Source of the DNA: Candidatus Algichlamydia australiensis
GTDB taxonomy: Bacteria > Chlamydiota > Chlamydiia > Chlamydiales > JAJFMI01
Direction of reading: 5' to 3'
DNA length: 64,000 nucleotides
Assembly: GCA_033977065.1 (NCBI GenBank)
Contig: JAXCHI010000003.1
Location: 64,001 to 128,000 of the forward strand
Shown here one piece after another: positions 24,587 to 34,326 of the stretch. The notes under the pieces are model-generated. The model saw only the letters and a program-made list of their open reading frames with translations, was not told where the DNA came from and ran no database searches. Numbering within the stretch: the stretch's first letter is position 1; each line of letters opens with the position of its first letter. The position numbers were made by a program, and so were the translations under genes.

Positions 24587-25176
24587 CCCGCCTCCGCACG
24601 AATTGTGGTTACAACTTCTCTATCTTGAATTTTTATTTTGCATGGCCGCGTATTCTTTCGCATCCAAGTTACAAAAGATTTATAAAGCGCATTATTAGGT
24701 AAATTTTCATGCAGCGTCTTCCGCACCCTTGGATCTTTTGTAGTAGAGTAAATGGCCGGATAAGAAATTTCAATACCAAAACTCTTCGTATTTTCTCCAT
24801 AAACCATGGAGTGAATCGTCTCACCTGATAGAAGATAGCGATGAGGCCGCAACTGAAGTACCGGCTTAATAGGACGCACAAGAGTTCGTTTATCATCGGA
24901 TTTTAGAGCAAAAATTGCTTCAGAATCACTTGTCCAAATGGAAGAAAAGAGAGGTGAAGAGAAGCTGCGATCCTCTAAATAAGAGCGCCAGTCACGGAGA
25001 AATTCTTCATTACTAATATGAGGCTTATCCGTGAATCGACCAGCTAAAAAAATTTGAAATGGAGGCAGAGCAGAGAGCAGAGACTCCATGTTTCGAGTCA
25101 AAAAGTGCCATTTTAACTGTTTAGCAATTTGGAGAGTTCCCTCCTCTTCAAGATTGGCGGTGCGCAAGGGAAGCAT
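24571..25176 (-). CDS. Hypothetical protein
   Basis: Long ORF within the nrdR-dksA-lspA-cinA run; ATG 25176 likely start. Confidence 0.6.
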   Translation of the reverse strand: MLPLRTANLEEEGTLQIAKQLKWHFLTRNMESLLSALPPFQIFLAGRFTDKPHISNEEFLRDWRSYLEDRSFSSPLFSSIWTSDSEAIFALKSDDKRTLVRPIKPVLQLRPHRYLLSGETIHSMVYGENTKSFGIEISYPAIYSTTKDPRVRKTLHENLPNNALYKSFVTWMRKNTRPCKIKIQDREVVTTIRAEAGCILN

Positions 25177-25636
25177 CTTTTTTTCTCTCAAAAAACATCT
25201 GAATGGCAAGCCAAAAAACCCCCATGCTGATGGCAAAATCAGCTAAGTTAAAAACAGCAAAAGGAGCAAATCCAAAAATTGTTGGGTAGAACATATCAAC
25301 AACAAAGCCGTAAAGAAAAGAGTCCACAATGTTTCCGATAGCACCAGCTAAAATCATCAAAATCGGAAATTGAGACTTTTGGGGAGCTTTGGAAAAGAGG
25401 TAAAAAATCAGAGAAGAGATCAGTACAATACGAAAAACAAGTAAGAGTGAGCTATGAGAAGCAAAAAGCCCCCACGCCATCCCTTTATTGGCCACAAAAC
25501 TCAAAGAAAAGCTACACCCCAAAAAATTTTGGATTAAAGGAATTCCCCCCATCCCAACGAGGTGCGTAAACGCCCAACGTTTGATTGCAAAGTCGCAAAC
25601 AAGGATGAAAAAAAATACAAAAATTCCTTTTTTCAA
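25148..25636 (-). CDS. lspA: Lipoprotein signal peptidase
   Basis: NKGMAWG, GAIGNIVD, VVDM, VFNLAD. Confidence 0.93.
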   Translation of the reverse strand: MKKGIFVFFFILVCDFAIKRWAFTHLVGMGGIPLIQNFLGCSFSLSFVANKGMAWGLFASHSSLLLVFRIVLISSLIFYLFSKAPQKSQFPILMILAGAIGNIVDSFLYGFVVDMFYPTIFGFAPFAVFNLADFAISMGVFWLAIQMFFERKKDASLAHRQS

Positions 25637-25998
25637 AGCAGGCCTTTTTCAAATTTTTCTTGCTCATCCGCTGTACGTGTCGCGTAAGGGATAGCATCCA
25701 ACCGCTTCACAGGAATTGGCTGACCTGATGAATCGCACTTGCCGTAAGTTCCCTCTTCTATTTTTTCAAGAGCGCGCTCAATCTGATCAAGAATTTCTCG
25801 CTCTTTGCTTCCTACATTGAGGCTTACATTGCGAACAAAATCGTCTGTGCCTTCATCAGCTTGGTGTTGAGAAAAGCCCTTTCCCTCTTCAGGCGCACGT
25901 ACCTCTTTAGAAACTTCATCAAGATTTCCCATTAGTTGCGCACGTAATTCGATAAGTTGCTTTTTATATTTTTCAATCTCACTCTTTTTCAAGGGCAT
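25633..25998 (-). CDS. dksA: DksA/TraR family protein
   Basis: HQADEGTD, ALEKIEEGTYGKC, RLDAIPYA; chlamydial nrdR-dksA-lspA order. Confidence 0.88.
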   Translation of the reverse strand: MPLKKSEIEKYKKQLIELRAQLMGNLDEVSKEVRAPEEGKGFSQHQADEGTDDFVRNVSLNVGSKEREILDQIERALEKIEEGTYGKCDSSGQPIPVKRLDAIPYATRTADEQEKFEKGLL

Positions 25999-26449
25999 CT
26001 TCCGTATCTCCTACATTTTTTATCGCCTTGAGAAGGTCATCCATATCCTTAAAACGCTTGTATACACAAGCAAACCGAATGTAGGCAACCTGATCCATCT
26101 TTTTCAATTTTTCCATACAGATCGCACCAAGTTCTGTGGTTCCAATCTCGCGCATCTGCTTTTCACATAGCTCAGCAGAAATTTCAGAAGCTAAGGCCCG
26201 CACTTGATCGCGACTGATACGCGTATGATTGCAAGCGGACTCCAACCCCTTAATTAACTTATCTAAACGAAAATCTTCATAATGGCCATCCCGCTTGCGC
26301 ACCTGAATTGTCAAATCAACCGTTTCAAAAGTAGTAAAACGTTTTCCACATTTCAAGCACTCGCGTCTGCGCCGGATCGCATTGAGATCAGCATGGTTTC
26401 TTGAATCTGTAACCTTTAGTTCCTGGTCACTACAAAAGGGACAACGCAT
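25979..26449 (-). CDS. nrdR: Transcriptional repressor NrdR
   Basis: [27 protein letters not shown]-cone, [10 protein letters not shown]. Confidence 0.96.
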   Translation of the reverse strand: MRCPFCSDQELKVTDSRNHADLNAIRRRRECLKCGKRFTTFETVDLTIQVRKRDGHYEDFRLDKLIKGLESACNHTRISRDQVRALASEISAELCEKQMREIGTTELGAICMEKLKKMDQVAYIRFACVYKRFKDMDDLLKAIKNVGDTEDALEKE

Positions 26450-26471
26450 CAACAATCACCGTAAAAAAATT

Positions 26472-26558
26472 CGGAGGAAGTGGGATTCGAACCCACGATA
26501 CGATTTCTCGCATACACGCTTTCCAAGCGTGCTCCTTCGGCCGCTCGGACACTCCTCC
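26472..26558 (-). tRNA. tRNA-Ser(GGA)
   Basis: GGAGGAGTGTCCGAGCGG...TTGGAAA...GGTTCGAATCCCACTTCCTCCG; long variable arm. Confidence 0.95.
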
Positions 26559-26567
26559 GGAGGTGCC

Positions 26568-26611
26568 ATTCTACTATACTCATTGAACATATGCAAGAGA
26601 TATAGTAGAAT
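26568..26611. promoter_or_regulatory. Back-to-back sigma66/70 promoters for tRNA-Ser/nrdR (-) and znuA (+)
   Basis: Plus: TTGAAC-N17-TAGAAT; minus: TTGCAT-N17-TAGAAT. Confidence 0.55.
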
Positions 26612-26618
26612 GATTTGA

Positions 26619-27497
26619 ATGAAAAGGTCCATATTATTTCTTACACTCTGTATAATTCTATTCGGTTGTCAAAAAAAGATTGGTCCTAAACCGAGACGTC
26701 TGCGTGTTGCTGCAACCATCGCACCACACGCCTACTTCACAACCCGTATTGGAACAGAAAACCTTGAAGTCATCTCCATCCTTTCGCCTTCTGTGGACAT
26801 CCATACCTACGAGCCTACGCCACAAAGTATGGAAAATTTGAAAAATATTGACCTCTGGATCCAAGTTGGTGCTACATTTGAAGAAAAAATGACCCCTATT
26901 TTGATGGAGCTTAACCCCGATCTCACTATTTTGAATATAAATGAAAAAATTCCTTTACTTCCTGTCACAAGTGACACAGACTTTCTTACCTCCTGCTCTC
27001 ATAATCACGGTGACCGCGATATGCATACATGGATGAGCCCTAGACAGGCACAAAACACCTCTCGGATCATCGCTCAGAGCTTAGTGAAACTCGACAAAGC
27101 GCACTCCCACGAGTTTAGCGCAGGTCTCAACCAATTTCTTAATGAACTAGCAGATCTCGATCGTCATCTCACTCTTCAATTAAAAGATTTAATTGGTGGC
27201 GCAATTCTTGTCGCGCATCCTTCACTCGGATATTTTTGCAACGACTACCAACTTAAACAGTTCTCAATCGAATGCGAAGGGAAAGAACCGCTGCCACAAG
27301 ACCTGCAAAACCTCGAAGAACACCTAAAAGATGAAAGAGCAATTTGCGTCTTTTCGCAAAAAGGGTTTGACGCACGTGGACCCCGACTTTTGGCAAATAG
27401 ACTCTCCCTTCCCCTCTACGAACTCGACCCCTTCGCCTGGGATTACCTTGCCAACATCAAAAAAATAGGAAATCAACTCTCAGATGCCGCAGATTAA
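26619..27497 (+). CDS. znuA: Zn/Mn ABC transporter substrate-binding lipoprotein
   Basis: Lipobox LFGC, DIHTYEPTP, DMHTWMSP, HPSLGYF. Confidence 0.85.
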   Translation: MKRSILFLTLCIILFGCQKKIGPKPRRLRVAATIAPHAYFTTRIGTENLEVISILSPSVDIHTYEPTPQSMENLKNIDLWIQVGATFEEKMTPILMELNPDLTILNINEKIPLLPVTSDTDFLTSCSHNHGDRDMHTWMSPRQAQNTSRIIAQSLVKLDKAHSHEFSAGLNQFLNELADLDRHLTLQLKDLIGGAILVAHPSLGYFCNDYQLKQFSIECEGKEPLPQDLQNLEEHLKDERAICVFSQKGFDARGPRLLANRLSLPLYELDPFAWDYLANIKKIGNQLSDAAD

Positions 27498-28158
27498 AAT
27501 TGAAGAACTTACTTTTGCCTACAAGCAGGATCCGATCCTGTGCGACGTAAACGTCGATATTTCTGCAGGAGAGTTTCTTGGTGTCATCGGTCCCAATGGC
27601 GGTGGAAAAACAACCCTGCTTAAGCTCCTCATGGGCTTTCTTACTCCTCAAAAAGGAAAGATCTTTCTAGACAATCGTCCGCCTCAAGATCTGCGACCTG
27701 CAATCGGGTACGTTCCTCAACATTTTGACTTCGATACGGCTTTTCCTATCTCCGTAAAAGAAGTTGTTGAGATGGGAGGACCAAACAGCCTGCCCCTTCT
27801 TAAAAAGCTCAAACTTCTTGAGCATCAAAATAAACCTTTTGGCGCCCTCTCTGGAGGGCAAATGCAACGCGCGCTCCTCGCTCGCGCCCTTGTCTCAAAC
27901 CCGAAACTCCTTCTCCTTGATGAGGCCACCTCCTGTGTTGACGCAGAGACAAGTGAGATCATCCTGAACATTCTTGCGACCCTCAAAGGAAACGTTACCA
28001 TACTCATGGTGACACACGAGCTCCCCACCATCATAAATCGTGTGGATCGGATCCTCTGCGTACATCGCAATTGTTCATTACTTAAACCCGATGAAGTTTG
28101 TGAGCATTACGCAATGGGTCTTTATCACCCCCCACTGCTCAAAAAGGAGGAGAAATGA
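27484..28158 (+). CDS. znuC: Metal ABC transporter ATPase
   Basis: GPNGGGKTT, LSGGQMQR, LLLLDE. Confidence 0.88.
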   Translation: MPQIKIEELTFAYKQDPILCDVNVDISAGEFLGVIGPNGGGKTTLLKLLMGFLTPQKGKIFLDNRPPQDLRPAIGYVPQHFDFDTAFPISVKEVVEMGGPNSLPLLKKLKLLEHQNKPFGALSGGQMQRALLARALVSNPKLLLLDEATSCVDAETSEIILNILATLKGNVTILMVTHELPTIINRVDRILCVHRNCSLLKPDEVCEHYAMGLYHPPLLKKEEK

Positions 28159-28961
28159 TCTTTAGCTCCTTTTTTCTTATGGCTCTTGGCGCCACTCTCT
28201 TTACCTCAATCAGCGCAGGAATTGTCGGCAGTTACGTTGTAGTCAAACGCATTGTTTTTATCAGTGGCAGCATCGCCCACTCCGTTCTTGGGGGCATGGG
28301 ACTCTTTCTTTTCTTAAATAAAACGTATAACCTTCCCTGGCTCTCTCCAACCTACGGAGCCCTTCTTTTTGCAATCCTCTCTGCCTTTCTCATCGGCTGG
28401 ATACACCTCCGCTTTACTGAACGCGAAGATACCGTGATCGGGGCCATTTGGGCCTCTGGTATGGCTATTGGCGTAATCTTCATCTCCCTCACACCAGGTT
28501 ACACCCCTGAGCTGCTTCATTTCCTCTTTGGAAACATCCTCTGGACAACACCTACCGACCTGCTTCGACTGGGTCTACTTGCTTCGATAGTGATCATCTG
28601 CGCACTCATCTACCATAAAAAATTTACCACTATCTGCTTTGATGAGCGCCAAGCCTACCTGCAAAAAATTCCTGTTGTCCCGCTCTATTTTCTCCTTCTC
28701 TCCCTCATCGCAATCACCACAGTTCTCCTCATTCAAGTTATTGGAGCGATCCTTGTCATCGCAATGCTCAGCCTCCCACCCGCCATTGCCAGCCGCTACA
28801 CAAGCCGCTTAAAAAGCATGATCTTTCTCTCCATCTTTGTTGGCTTTGTTTTGAGTTTCATTGGAATTTTCATCTCTTTCACTCTTAACTGGCCACCAGG
28901 TGCAACCATTGCACTGACCACCACCATCGCCTATTTAACCAATTTAGTAATAAAAAAATAA
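28155..28961 (+). CDS. znuB: Metal ABC transporter permease
   Basis: SIAHSVLGG, FLFGNIL, PPGATI; hydrophobic. Confidence 0.88.
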   Translation: MIFSSFFLMALGATLFTSISAGIVGSYVVVKRIVFISGSIAHSVLGGMGLFLFLNKTYNLPWLSPTYGALLFAILSAFLIGWIHLRFTEREDTVIGAIWASGMAIGVIFISLTPGYTPELLHFLFGNILWTTPTDLLRLGLLASIVIICALIYHKKFTTICFDERQAYLQKIPVVPLYFLLLSLIAITTVLLIQVIGAILVIAMLSLPPAIASRYTSRLKSMIFLSIFVGFVLSFIGIFISFTLNWPPGATIALTTTIAYLTNLVIKK

Positions 28962-29275
28962 CAAAGTTTTTTAGTCGGGGCTCCGCCCCCGCTCCCCTTC
29001 GGCCCCATTTCGCTGCGCCAAATCAAATCTCAGTCGTCGCGCCGTACGCAGTACTGCCACGACGTCTGATATCCGATTTTGCTTTGCGATATGAACCCGT
29101 TACTCCGCTTCGCGCGGATAAACTTATTTTTGTTAATGGGTAAACAAAATAATTTAGCCGCCCGAAGCAAGATAAAGACAAAGAGACAGCACGTGCAAGC
29201 GCTCGAGGGAAGCGAGAAGAAGCCGAAGGGGTGCGGGGGCGGAGCCCCGACTACTCTAATATATTTTTTTACTAA
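28943..29275. repeat. GC-rich inverted-repeat element with internal hairpins
   Basis: tagtcggggctccgcccccgc-t-ccccttcggc (28972-29003) / gccgaagggg-t-gcgggggcggagccccgacta (29222-29253); outer ttagtaa...ttactaa arms. Confidence 0.75.
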
Positions 29276-29301
29276 CACCCTCACTAAAATATTTACTCCC
29301 A

Positions 29302-29330
29302 TTGACCTTTGCGCCCCTTTCACATATACT
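29302..29330 (+). promoter_or_regulatory. Putative sigma66 promoter of rplU operon
   Basis: TTGACC-N17-TATACT. Confidence 0.65.
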
Positions 29331-29355
29331 ATTCCTATTAATGGGAGAACTATCC

Positions 29356-29670
29356 ATGTACGCAATCATCAAAACTGGTGGAAAACAGTACCGCGTCGCT
29401 AAGGGCGACATCATCGAAGTTGAACTTCTTTCGAATACAGAGAACAACCTCGTCGAGTTTGATCAAGTTCTTTTTTTTAACGACGGCAGCAAAGTAGAAG
29501 TGGGCAAACCTCTAGTTTCTGGATGCCAAGTGAAAGGAGAGCTCCTAGAAAACACCCTAGGCCCTAAAGTGATCGCTTTTAAGTATAAAAGACGTAAAAA
29601 TTATCGCCGTAAAGTTGGCCACCGCCAAAAATACGCTAAAGTAAAAATTACAGATATAACTGTTAAGTAA
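29356..29670 (+). CDS. rplU: 50S ribosomal protein L21
   Basis: [12 protein letters not shown]...GHRQ. Confidence 0.97.
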   Translation: MYAIIKTGGKQYRVAKGDIIEVELLSNTENNLVEFDQVLFFNDGSKVEVGKPLVSGCQVKGELLENTLGPKVIAFKYKRRKNYRRKVGHRQKYAKVKITDITVK

Positions 29671-29675
29671 AGAAT

Positions 29676-29927
29676 ATGGCACATAAGAAAGGACAAGGGT
29701 CCACACGAAACGGACGCGACTCGAATCCCCAGTATCTTGGGATTAAAGCTAATGATGGACAATTTGTCAGAGCGGGCAGCATTATCGTGCGCCAGCGCGG
29801 GACAAAGTGGCATCCAGCGAAAAATGTAGGTCGCGGAAAAGACGATACACTCTTTGCACTGGTAGACGGCAAGGTAGCTTTTCGCAAGACGAAAAAAACC
29901 TATGTTGCTGTAGTTCCAGCCGCCTAA
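29676..29927 (+). CDS. rpmA: 50S ribosomal protein L27
   Basis: [16 protein letters not shown]. Confidence 0.97.
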   Translation: MAHKKGQGSTRNGRDSNPQYLGIKANDGQFVRAGSIIVRQRGTKWHPAKNVGRGKDDTLFALVDGKVAFRKTKKTYVAVVPAA

Positions 29928-29945
29928 ACAAAAATTTCAATCGCT

Positions 29946-30938
29946 ATGTTTACCGATCGCATTAAGCTCAAACTCAAAGCAGGAAAGGGCGGTAATGGAG
30001 CGGTAGCATGGCGCCGTGAAAAGTACATTCCTAAAGGCGGACCAAGTGGTGGTAATGGAGGAAAAGGTGGATCCATTATCATTAAAACCGACCCGTCTAT
30101 TCGATCACTCGATCACTTTCGCAACCGCAGACAGATCTCAGCAGAAAATGGCCAACAAGGTAGCGCCAACCTACGTCAAGGACGTCAAGGAGAAGACCTT
30201 ATTCTAAAAATTCCTCCCGGGACACTTCTGCGTGACGCGACAACTGGAACCCTACTCTACGACTTCACAAAAAAAGATGAAGAGCTCACTCTCTGTGAAG
30301 GAGGGAAAGGCGGGCTAGGCAATCATTTTTTTAAAAATTCTCGTAATCGTGCCCCCACTAAATCAACACCAGGAAAACTAGGCCAACTCAAAGAGATCGA
30401 GCTCGAACTAAAACTCATTGCAGACGTCGGCTTTGTCGGCCTTCCAAGCGCAGGAAAATCAACTCTCCTCTCTACCTTAGCCAACATAGAAGTCAAAACT
30501 GGCGCCTATCCTTTCACTACCCTCTCTCCTAACCTCTCGATGATCGAGTTTGACGATTACTCCCGCGTCTACTTTGCCGATATTCCCGGCCTTATTGCCA
30601 ATGCACACAAAGGCAAAGGCCTTGGTCATGAATTCCTGCGTCATGTGGAGCGCACCAATACCCTCGTCTTTATCCTCGATCTCTCATTTGAGCGTGATCC
30701 AAAAGAAGACCTTGCCACCTTGCGCAATGAACTTGGTTCTTACTCCCCTAAACTTCTTGAAAAACCCTACATCATCGCTTTAAATAAGATCGACTTACTT
30801 GACGCCACGCTCAACCCAGAGGAACTCTTTCCAAATGAAACCATCTTCTGCATTTCTGCGCTCAACGGAGAAGGCCTTCCACCTCTTCTAGAAGAGATCA
30901 AAACTGTTGCCCAACGTGACGGCAAACGCTTTTATTAA
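29946..30938 (+). CDS. obgE: GTPase ObgE
   Basis: Gly-rich Obg domain, GLPSAGKST, YPFTT, DIPG, NKID. Confidence 0.96.
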   Translation: MFTDRIKLKLKAGKGGNGAVAWRREKYIPKGGPSGGNGGKGGSIIIKTDPSIRSLDHFRNRRQISAENGQQGSANLRQGRQGEDLILKIPPGTLLRDATTGTLLYDFTKKDEELTLCEGGKGGLGNHFFKNSRNRAPTKSTPGKLGQLKEIELELKLIADVGFVGLPSAGKSTLLSTLANIEVKTGAYPFTTLSPNLSMIEFDDYSRVYFADIPGLIANAHKGKGLGHEFLRHVERTNTLVFILDLSFERDPKEDLATLRNELGSYSPKLLEKPYIIALNKIDLLDATLNPEELFPNETIFCISALNGEGLPPLLEEIKTVAQRDGKRFY

Positions 30939-31550
30939 AAATCTTTATTGCGCTCCTTATTATTTTTTGACAAAATGATGGCAAAATTTAATTTTGCCAG
31001 GAATATGAACAAAGTTTTAGATAACGAAGTTTTCCCTAAAACCTACACCTCTTTCTAGAGAAGGTAAAGATATCCTACAGAGTCAACTATGCGCTGCAAG
31101 CTCTATAACGAGCGAGCTCACACAACTGTATTGGCGCATCGGAAAAAATCTTTCTAAAAAAGTGCCTCTTGAAGGCTGGGGATCCAAAACACTCCAGCGT
31201 TTAGCAAAAGACATTGAAGGCGCATTTCCCAATCTTACAGGATTTTCCTTCCGTAATCTCAAATCCATGAGACAGCTTGCGGAGTCATACCCCCAGGGAA
31301 TTTGGGAAACAGCTGTTTCCCAAATTCCCTGGGGACACAATATTGTTCTAAGTTTTGCATTTGTAGGAAGACAGTACCCCTTAGACGTAGGGGGCAAAGA
31401 TTTTTCAATCGACCTTCTCTTCTACTACGTCATTCTGCATTGCTATGTAGTTATCAAATTAAAAACTCATGAGTTTGTTCCACGTGATACAGGACAAATG
31501 AGCTTCTATCTCTCAGCAGTTGATGATCTTATCCGTCAGTCTGACGATAA

Positions 31551-31635
31551 GAGAGTGTCTTTGAATTAACTTTCGTCGAGTTTTTGGATTATTTTGGCCG
31601 ATTTTTGGACTGAATTTTAATTCGAAGACACTCTC
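31551..31635. mobile_element. 85-bp MITE with TAA target duplication (IS5/IS1031-like ends)
   Basis: TIR GAGAGTGTCTT(T/C)GAATTAA 18/19 match; TAA at 31548-31550 and 31636-31638; removal restores D-D-K-P-T-I-G. Confidence 0.9.
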
Positions 31636-31727
31636 TAAGCCAACAATTGGAATGATACTTTGCAAAAAAACAAAGTGGTGGTCGAATACGCCCTAAGAGA
31701 TAACCTCAAGCCGATTGGCATAGCTAG

Positions 31728-31888
31728 TACTCTGTAACAGAAATTTTTACTATTCTTTTTAACGTGAAAGCTCTCGCGATTGGGCTATCGCAAGTCACCT
31801 AGTATTAATCAAATACGAGGTGATTTTCGATAGTTCAATCCCGAGGCTTTGACGTAAAAATAATGCTAAAATTTTCTGTTACAGAGTA
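31728..31888. mobile_element. 161-bp palindromic MITE flanked by CTAG
   Basis: TIR TACTCTGTAACAGAAA / TTTCTGTTACAGAGTA; CTAG at 31724-31727 and 31889-31892; arms pair throughout. Confidence 0.9.
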
Positions 31889-31892
31889 CTAG

Positions 31893-32294
31893 TACTCTGT
31901 AACAGAAAATCTTAGTGTTTAATTTAAAAAAACAGCCAATAGAGACAGTCGGGCAAATCCCCGCTGCCCTTTGAGCTTCACCTTGGCATGCCAAATTGCG
32001 TTTCGACGGAAAACCGTGCAAAGCACTACTTCTTCCTCCTGCACCGCAATTTTTCAAAGCCAACCTGAAGCCATCGAGCGCATCGCGCGTTCATTCCCCA
32101 CCCTCCACTTTGTTTCGGGAGGGGCCCCTTTCACGTCGCTTGCGCGGCTGTTTTATTTGTTTTGCAGAAAACTTTGCAAGGTCTAGACAGCTTTTTCAAT
32201 CACATACAATCGCTTTACTTTTCACGTTTGGGATCCATTTTTATGCGAAGGCTTTCACGTTAAAAAGAATAGCAAAATTTTCTGATACGGAGCA
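31893..32294. mobile_element. 402-bp element of the same TIR family, tandem with the previous one
   Basis: Starts TACTCTGTAACAGAAA, ends TTTCTGATACGGAGCA then CTTG (decayed CTAG); DUF1016 frame resumes directly after. Confidence 0.8.
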
Positions 32295-32457
32295 CTTGCT
32301 ACGAAACAAAAATTATGGAATCGCTTCCTGAAAATCTAAAAGAAAGCTTGCCAACAACTGAAGAAATAGAAGCTGAACTTTCTCAACAAAACATCAAATA
32401 ACATTCTTTCTTTACAATATCTTTCTTATTTTTTAAACTGAGTGCCTGGAGGAATTT

Positions 32458-33615
32458 ATGTATAAAACAATTCAAGGTCTATTTTTGGTAGGTGCTTCAC
32501 TTTTGTTCTCAGAACAAATTCAAGAAACACCAACAGTCAGCGAAGTTGCTGATAAAAACGCTTATTGCGATTGGCAAGGAAAAGTTGGTAGCGCTTCTCC
32601 CTGTTCTGGATTCTTTTTAGATTTATCTTATCTCTACCTTAGATCCGAACTCGATGGACTTTCCTACGGCCAAACTTTTGCCGTAACACCCGCAACGGCA
32701 ACCACACCGGGAAGCATCATCTCAGAAACGAAGGAGCTAGATTTTGATTGGGACTCTGGTTTCAATTTAGGATTAGGCTATATTTTTCCAAATAGAGAGC
32801 AGTGGCAACTCTCCGGCTACTGGACGTATTTACATTCAGATGCAGAAAACAGTGCTAGCTCAGACGATATCTCAGAAGAGTTCATCGCACCACAGTGGGC
32901 GCATTTTTCAACTGGCTCAGCAGCAGATAGAGCCTCTGCAGACTGGACCTTAAATTTTAACGTCATGGACATTGCCATAAGCCGCAACGCCTTTTTTGGA
33001 AAATGGCTTTCTATAGAACCTCGAATGGGGATTCGCGCAGCTTGGATCAACCAAGATTACAATGCTAACTACCGCGGACTCTTCAGCTTTACAACAGGAG
33101 GAGTCGCTACAAACCTATTTAAGGATACAAGTTTCAAAGCTGATCAAGAATATTGGGGTGTAGGAACCCGAATGGGAACGGGGCTTCAATGGCATCTCAC
33201 AGATAGCTTTTCCATCTCAGGAGGAGTATTTGCTTCCCTGGTTTACGGTGGATTTACAATCAACGAAACCATCGTTGGTGGTGTCATAGAAGACGTTGGT
33301 GCTGGCCCAGCACTTCTAGAGGAAGTTCATAAAATTCGAAAAGAGTTTAATGCCTTAAGAGCGGCCCTCGAAACAGAAATTGGAATTCGCTGGCAGCACT
33401 TTTTTCAAGATCGTTCAAGCAGACTTCTCATCGGTCTTTACTACCAGTTTAACAACTGGTTTGATCAAAATGAGATTTTCAATCCCGTATTTTCAAACGA
33501 CTCTTCCGCGATAAACATCAATTCAAACCGCAATGATCTTGCCTTTAACAGTATTTATAGTAATGGAAACTTGCAGATGCAGGGCTTACGTGCTCAAGTC
33601 CGCTACGATTTCTAA
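32458..33615 (+). CDS. Beta-barrel outer membrane protein (Lpg1974/MOMP-like porin family)
   Basis: Signal peptide, DFDWDSGFNLGLGY, amphipathic strands, C-terminal GLRAQVRYDF. Confidence 0.85.
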   Translation: MYKTIQGLFLVGASLLFSEQIQETPTVSEVADKNAYCDWQGKVGSASPCSGFFLDLSYLYLRSELDGLSYGQTFAVTPATATTPGSIISETKELDFDWDSGFNLGLGYIFPNREQWQLSGYWTYLHSDAENSASSDDISEEFIAPQWAHFSTGSAADRASADWTLNFNVMDIAISRNAFFGKWLSIEPRMGIRAAWINQDYNANYRGLFSFTTGGVATNLFKDTSFKADQEYWGVGTRMGTGLQWHLTDSFSISGGVFASLVYGGFTINETIVGGVIEDVGAGPALLEEVHKIRKEFNALRAALETEIGIRWQHFFQDRSSRLLIGLYYQFNNWFDQNEIFNPVFSNDSSAININSNRNDLAFNSIYSNGNLQMQGLRAQVRYDF

Positions 33616-33640
33616 TAACTAGAAAAACGGTCAAAATAGC

Positions 33641-33676
33641 AATTAGCAAGGTGCAATCACCTTGCTAATTTTTTTT
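33641..33676 (+). terminator. Intrinsic terminator after porin gene
   Basis: aattagcaaggtg-caat-caccttgctaatt followed by T-run. Confidence 0.85.
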
Positions 33677-33713
33677 CTAACTTTCAAAAACTACAGGCTC
33701 TGAATTGCGACAA

Positions 33714-33871
33714 GTGCAACTTCGGAATATTTTTTAGAGATTTTGCGCCCAGATTTTTTCCTTTGACGCTGTGCGGAGGATGAAGCCAACTTAATAAAGT
33801 TGGCAAGACCGAGCGCGAAGTCAAAAGAGAAAACGTAGGTCAAAACATCAAAAAATATTGCGAAATTGCAC
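33714..33871. mobile_element. 158-bp palindromic element
   Basis: gtgcaacttcggaatatttttt / aaaaaatattgcgaaattgcac; apical gccaactt...aagttggc. Confidence 0.75.
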
Positions 33872-33875
33872 GCTA

Positions 33876-34083
33876 GGCAGTACGAATAGTACGGTGGAGA
33901 TCTTCGTTGCCCTTCTCACAAGGAAATTTTGGTGGGAAAAGCGAGCAATTTTCATATTTCCGACGACGGCAGTACGAGTAGTACGGCGGAGACCTTCGTT
34001 GCCCTTCTCACAAGGAAATTTTGGTGGGAAAAGCGAGCAATTTTCATATTTCCGACGACGGCAGTACGAGTAGTACGGCGGAG
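33876..34083 (+). repeat. 92-bp tandem repeat (about 2.3 copies), arm of a hairpin element abutting tRNA-Phe
   Basis: Units start 33876, 33968, 34060; last arm pairs with ~34083-34123. Confidence 0.9.
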
Positions 34084-34122
34084 GAGAAAAGATGAAAAGT
34101 GCGAAGCTTTTCACCCAAAATT

Positions 34123-34195
<73 letters not shown>

Positions 34196-34326
34196 ATTAA
34201 ATTCCAAATATAGCAGCCTGAGCACTTTCTGACAATTAGAAATCGCATTTGCCTTTCTTTGCTAACAATTTTTTACGAGGAATTTTAAAAATTTCTGTTA
34301 AATGTGAATAGTATTAGAATGCCCTT

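Larger units (their letters stand above)
31005..32401 (+). pseudogene. DUF1016/YhcG (PD-(D/E)XK nuclease) pseudogene with deletion and three element insertions
   Basis: Pieces LYWRIG, GFSFRNLKSMR, WGHNIVL, FAFVGRQY, IDLLFY, DDKPTIGMILC, VEYALR..KPIGIA, SYE...SLPTTEEIEAEL. Confidence 0.9.

Noticed and set aside
25633..25998. DksA with only one cysteine
   Set aside because: Chlamydial DksA proteins are known to lack the four-Cys zinc finger.
29030..29447. ORFs overlapping the GC-rich inverted repeat and the extended rplU start
   Set aside because: Products look non-protein-like; rplU starts at ATG 29356, and the upstream TTG is the -35 box.
31866..32331. ORFs inside the 402-bp element as transposase remnants
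   Set aside because: No DDE or HTH motif is recognisable; the frames are short and cross element boundaries.
33876..34083. CRISPR-like look (three 24-nt palindromic repeats with intervening sequence)
   Set aside because: The intervening 68-nt segments are essentially identical, so it is a tandem duplication; no cas genes are present.
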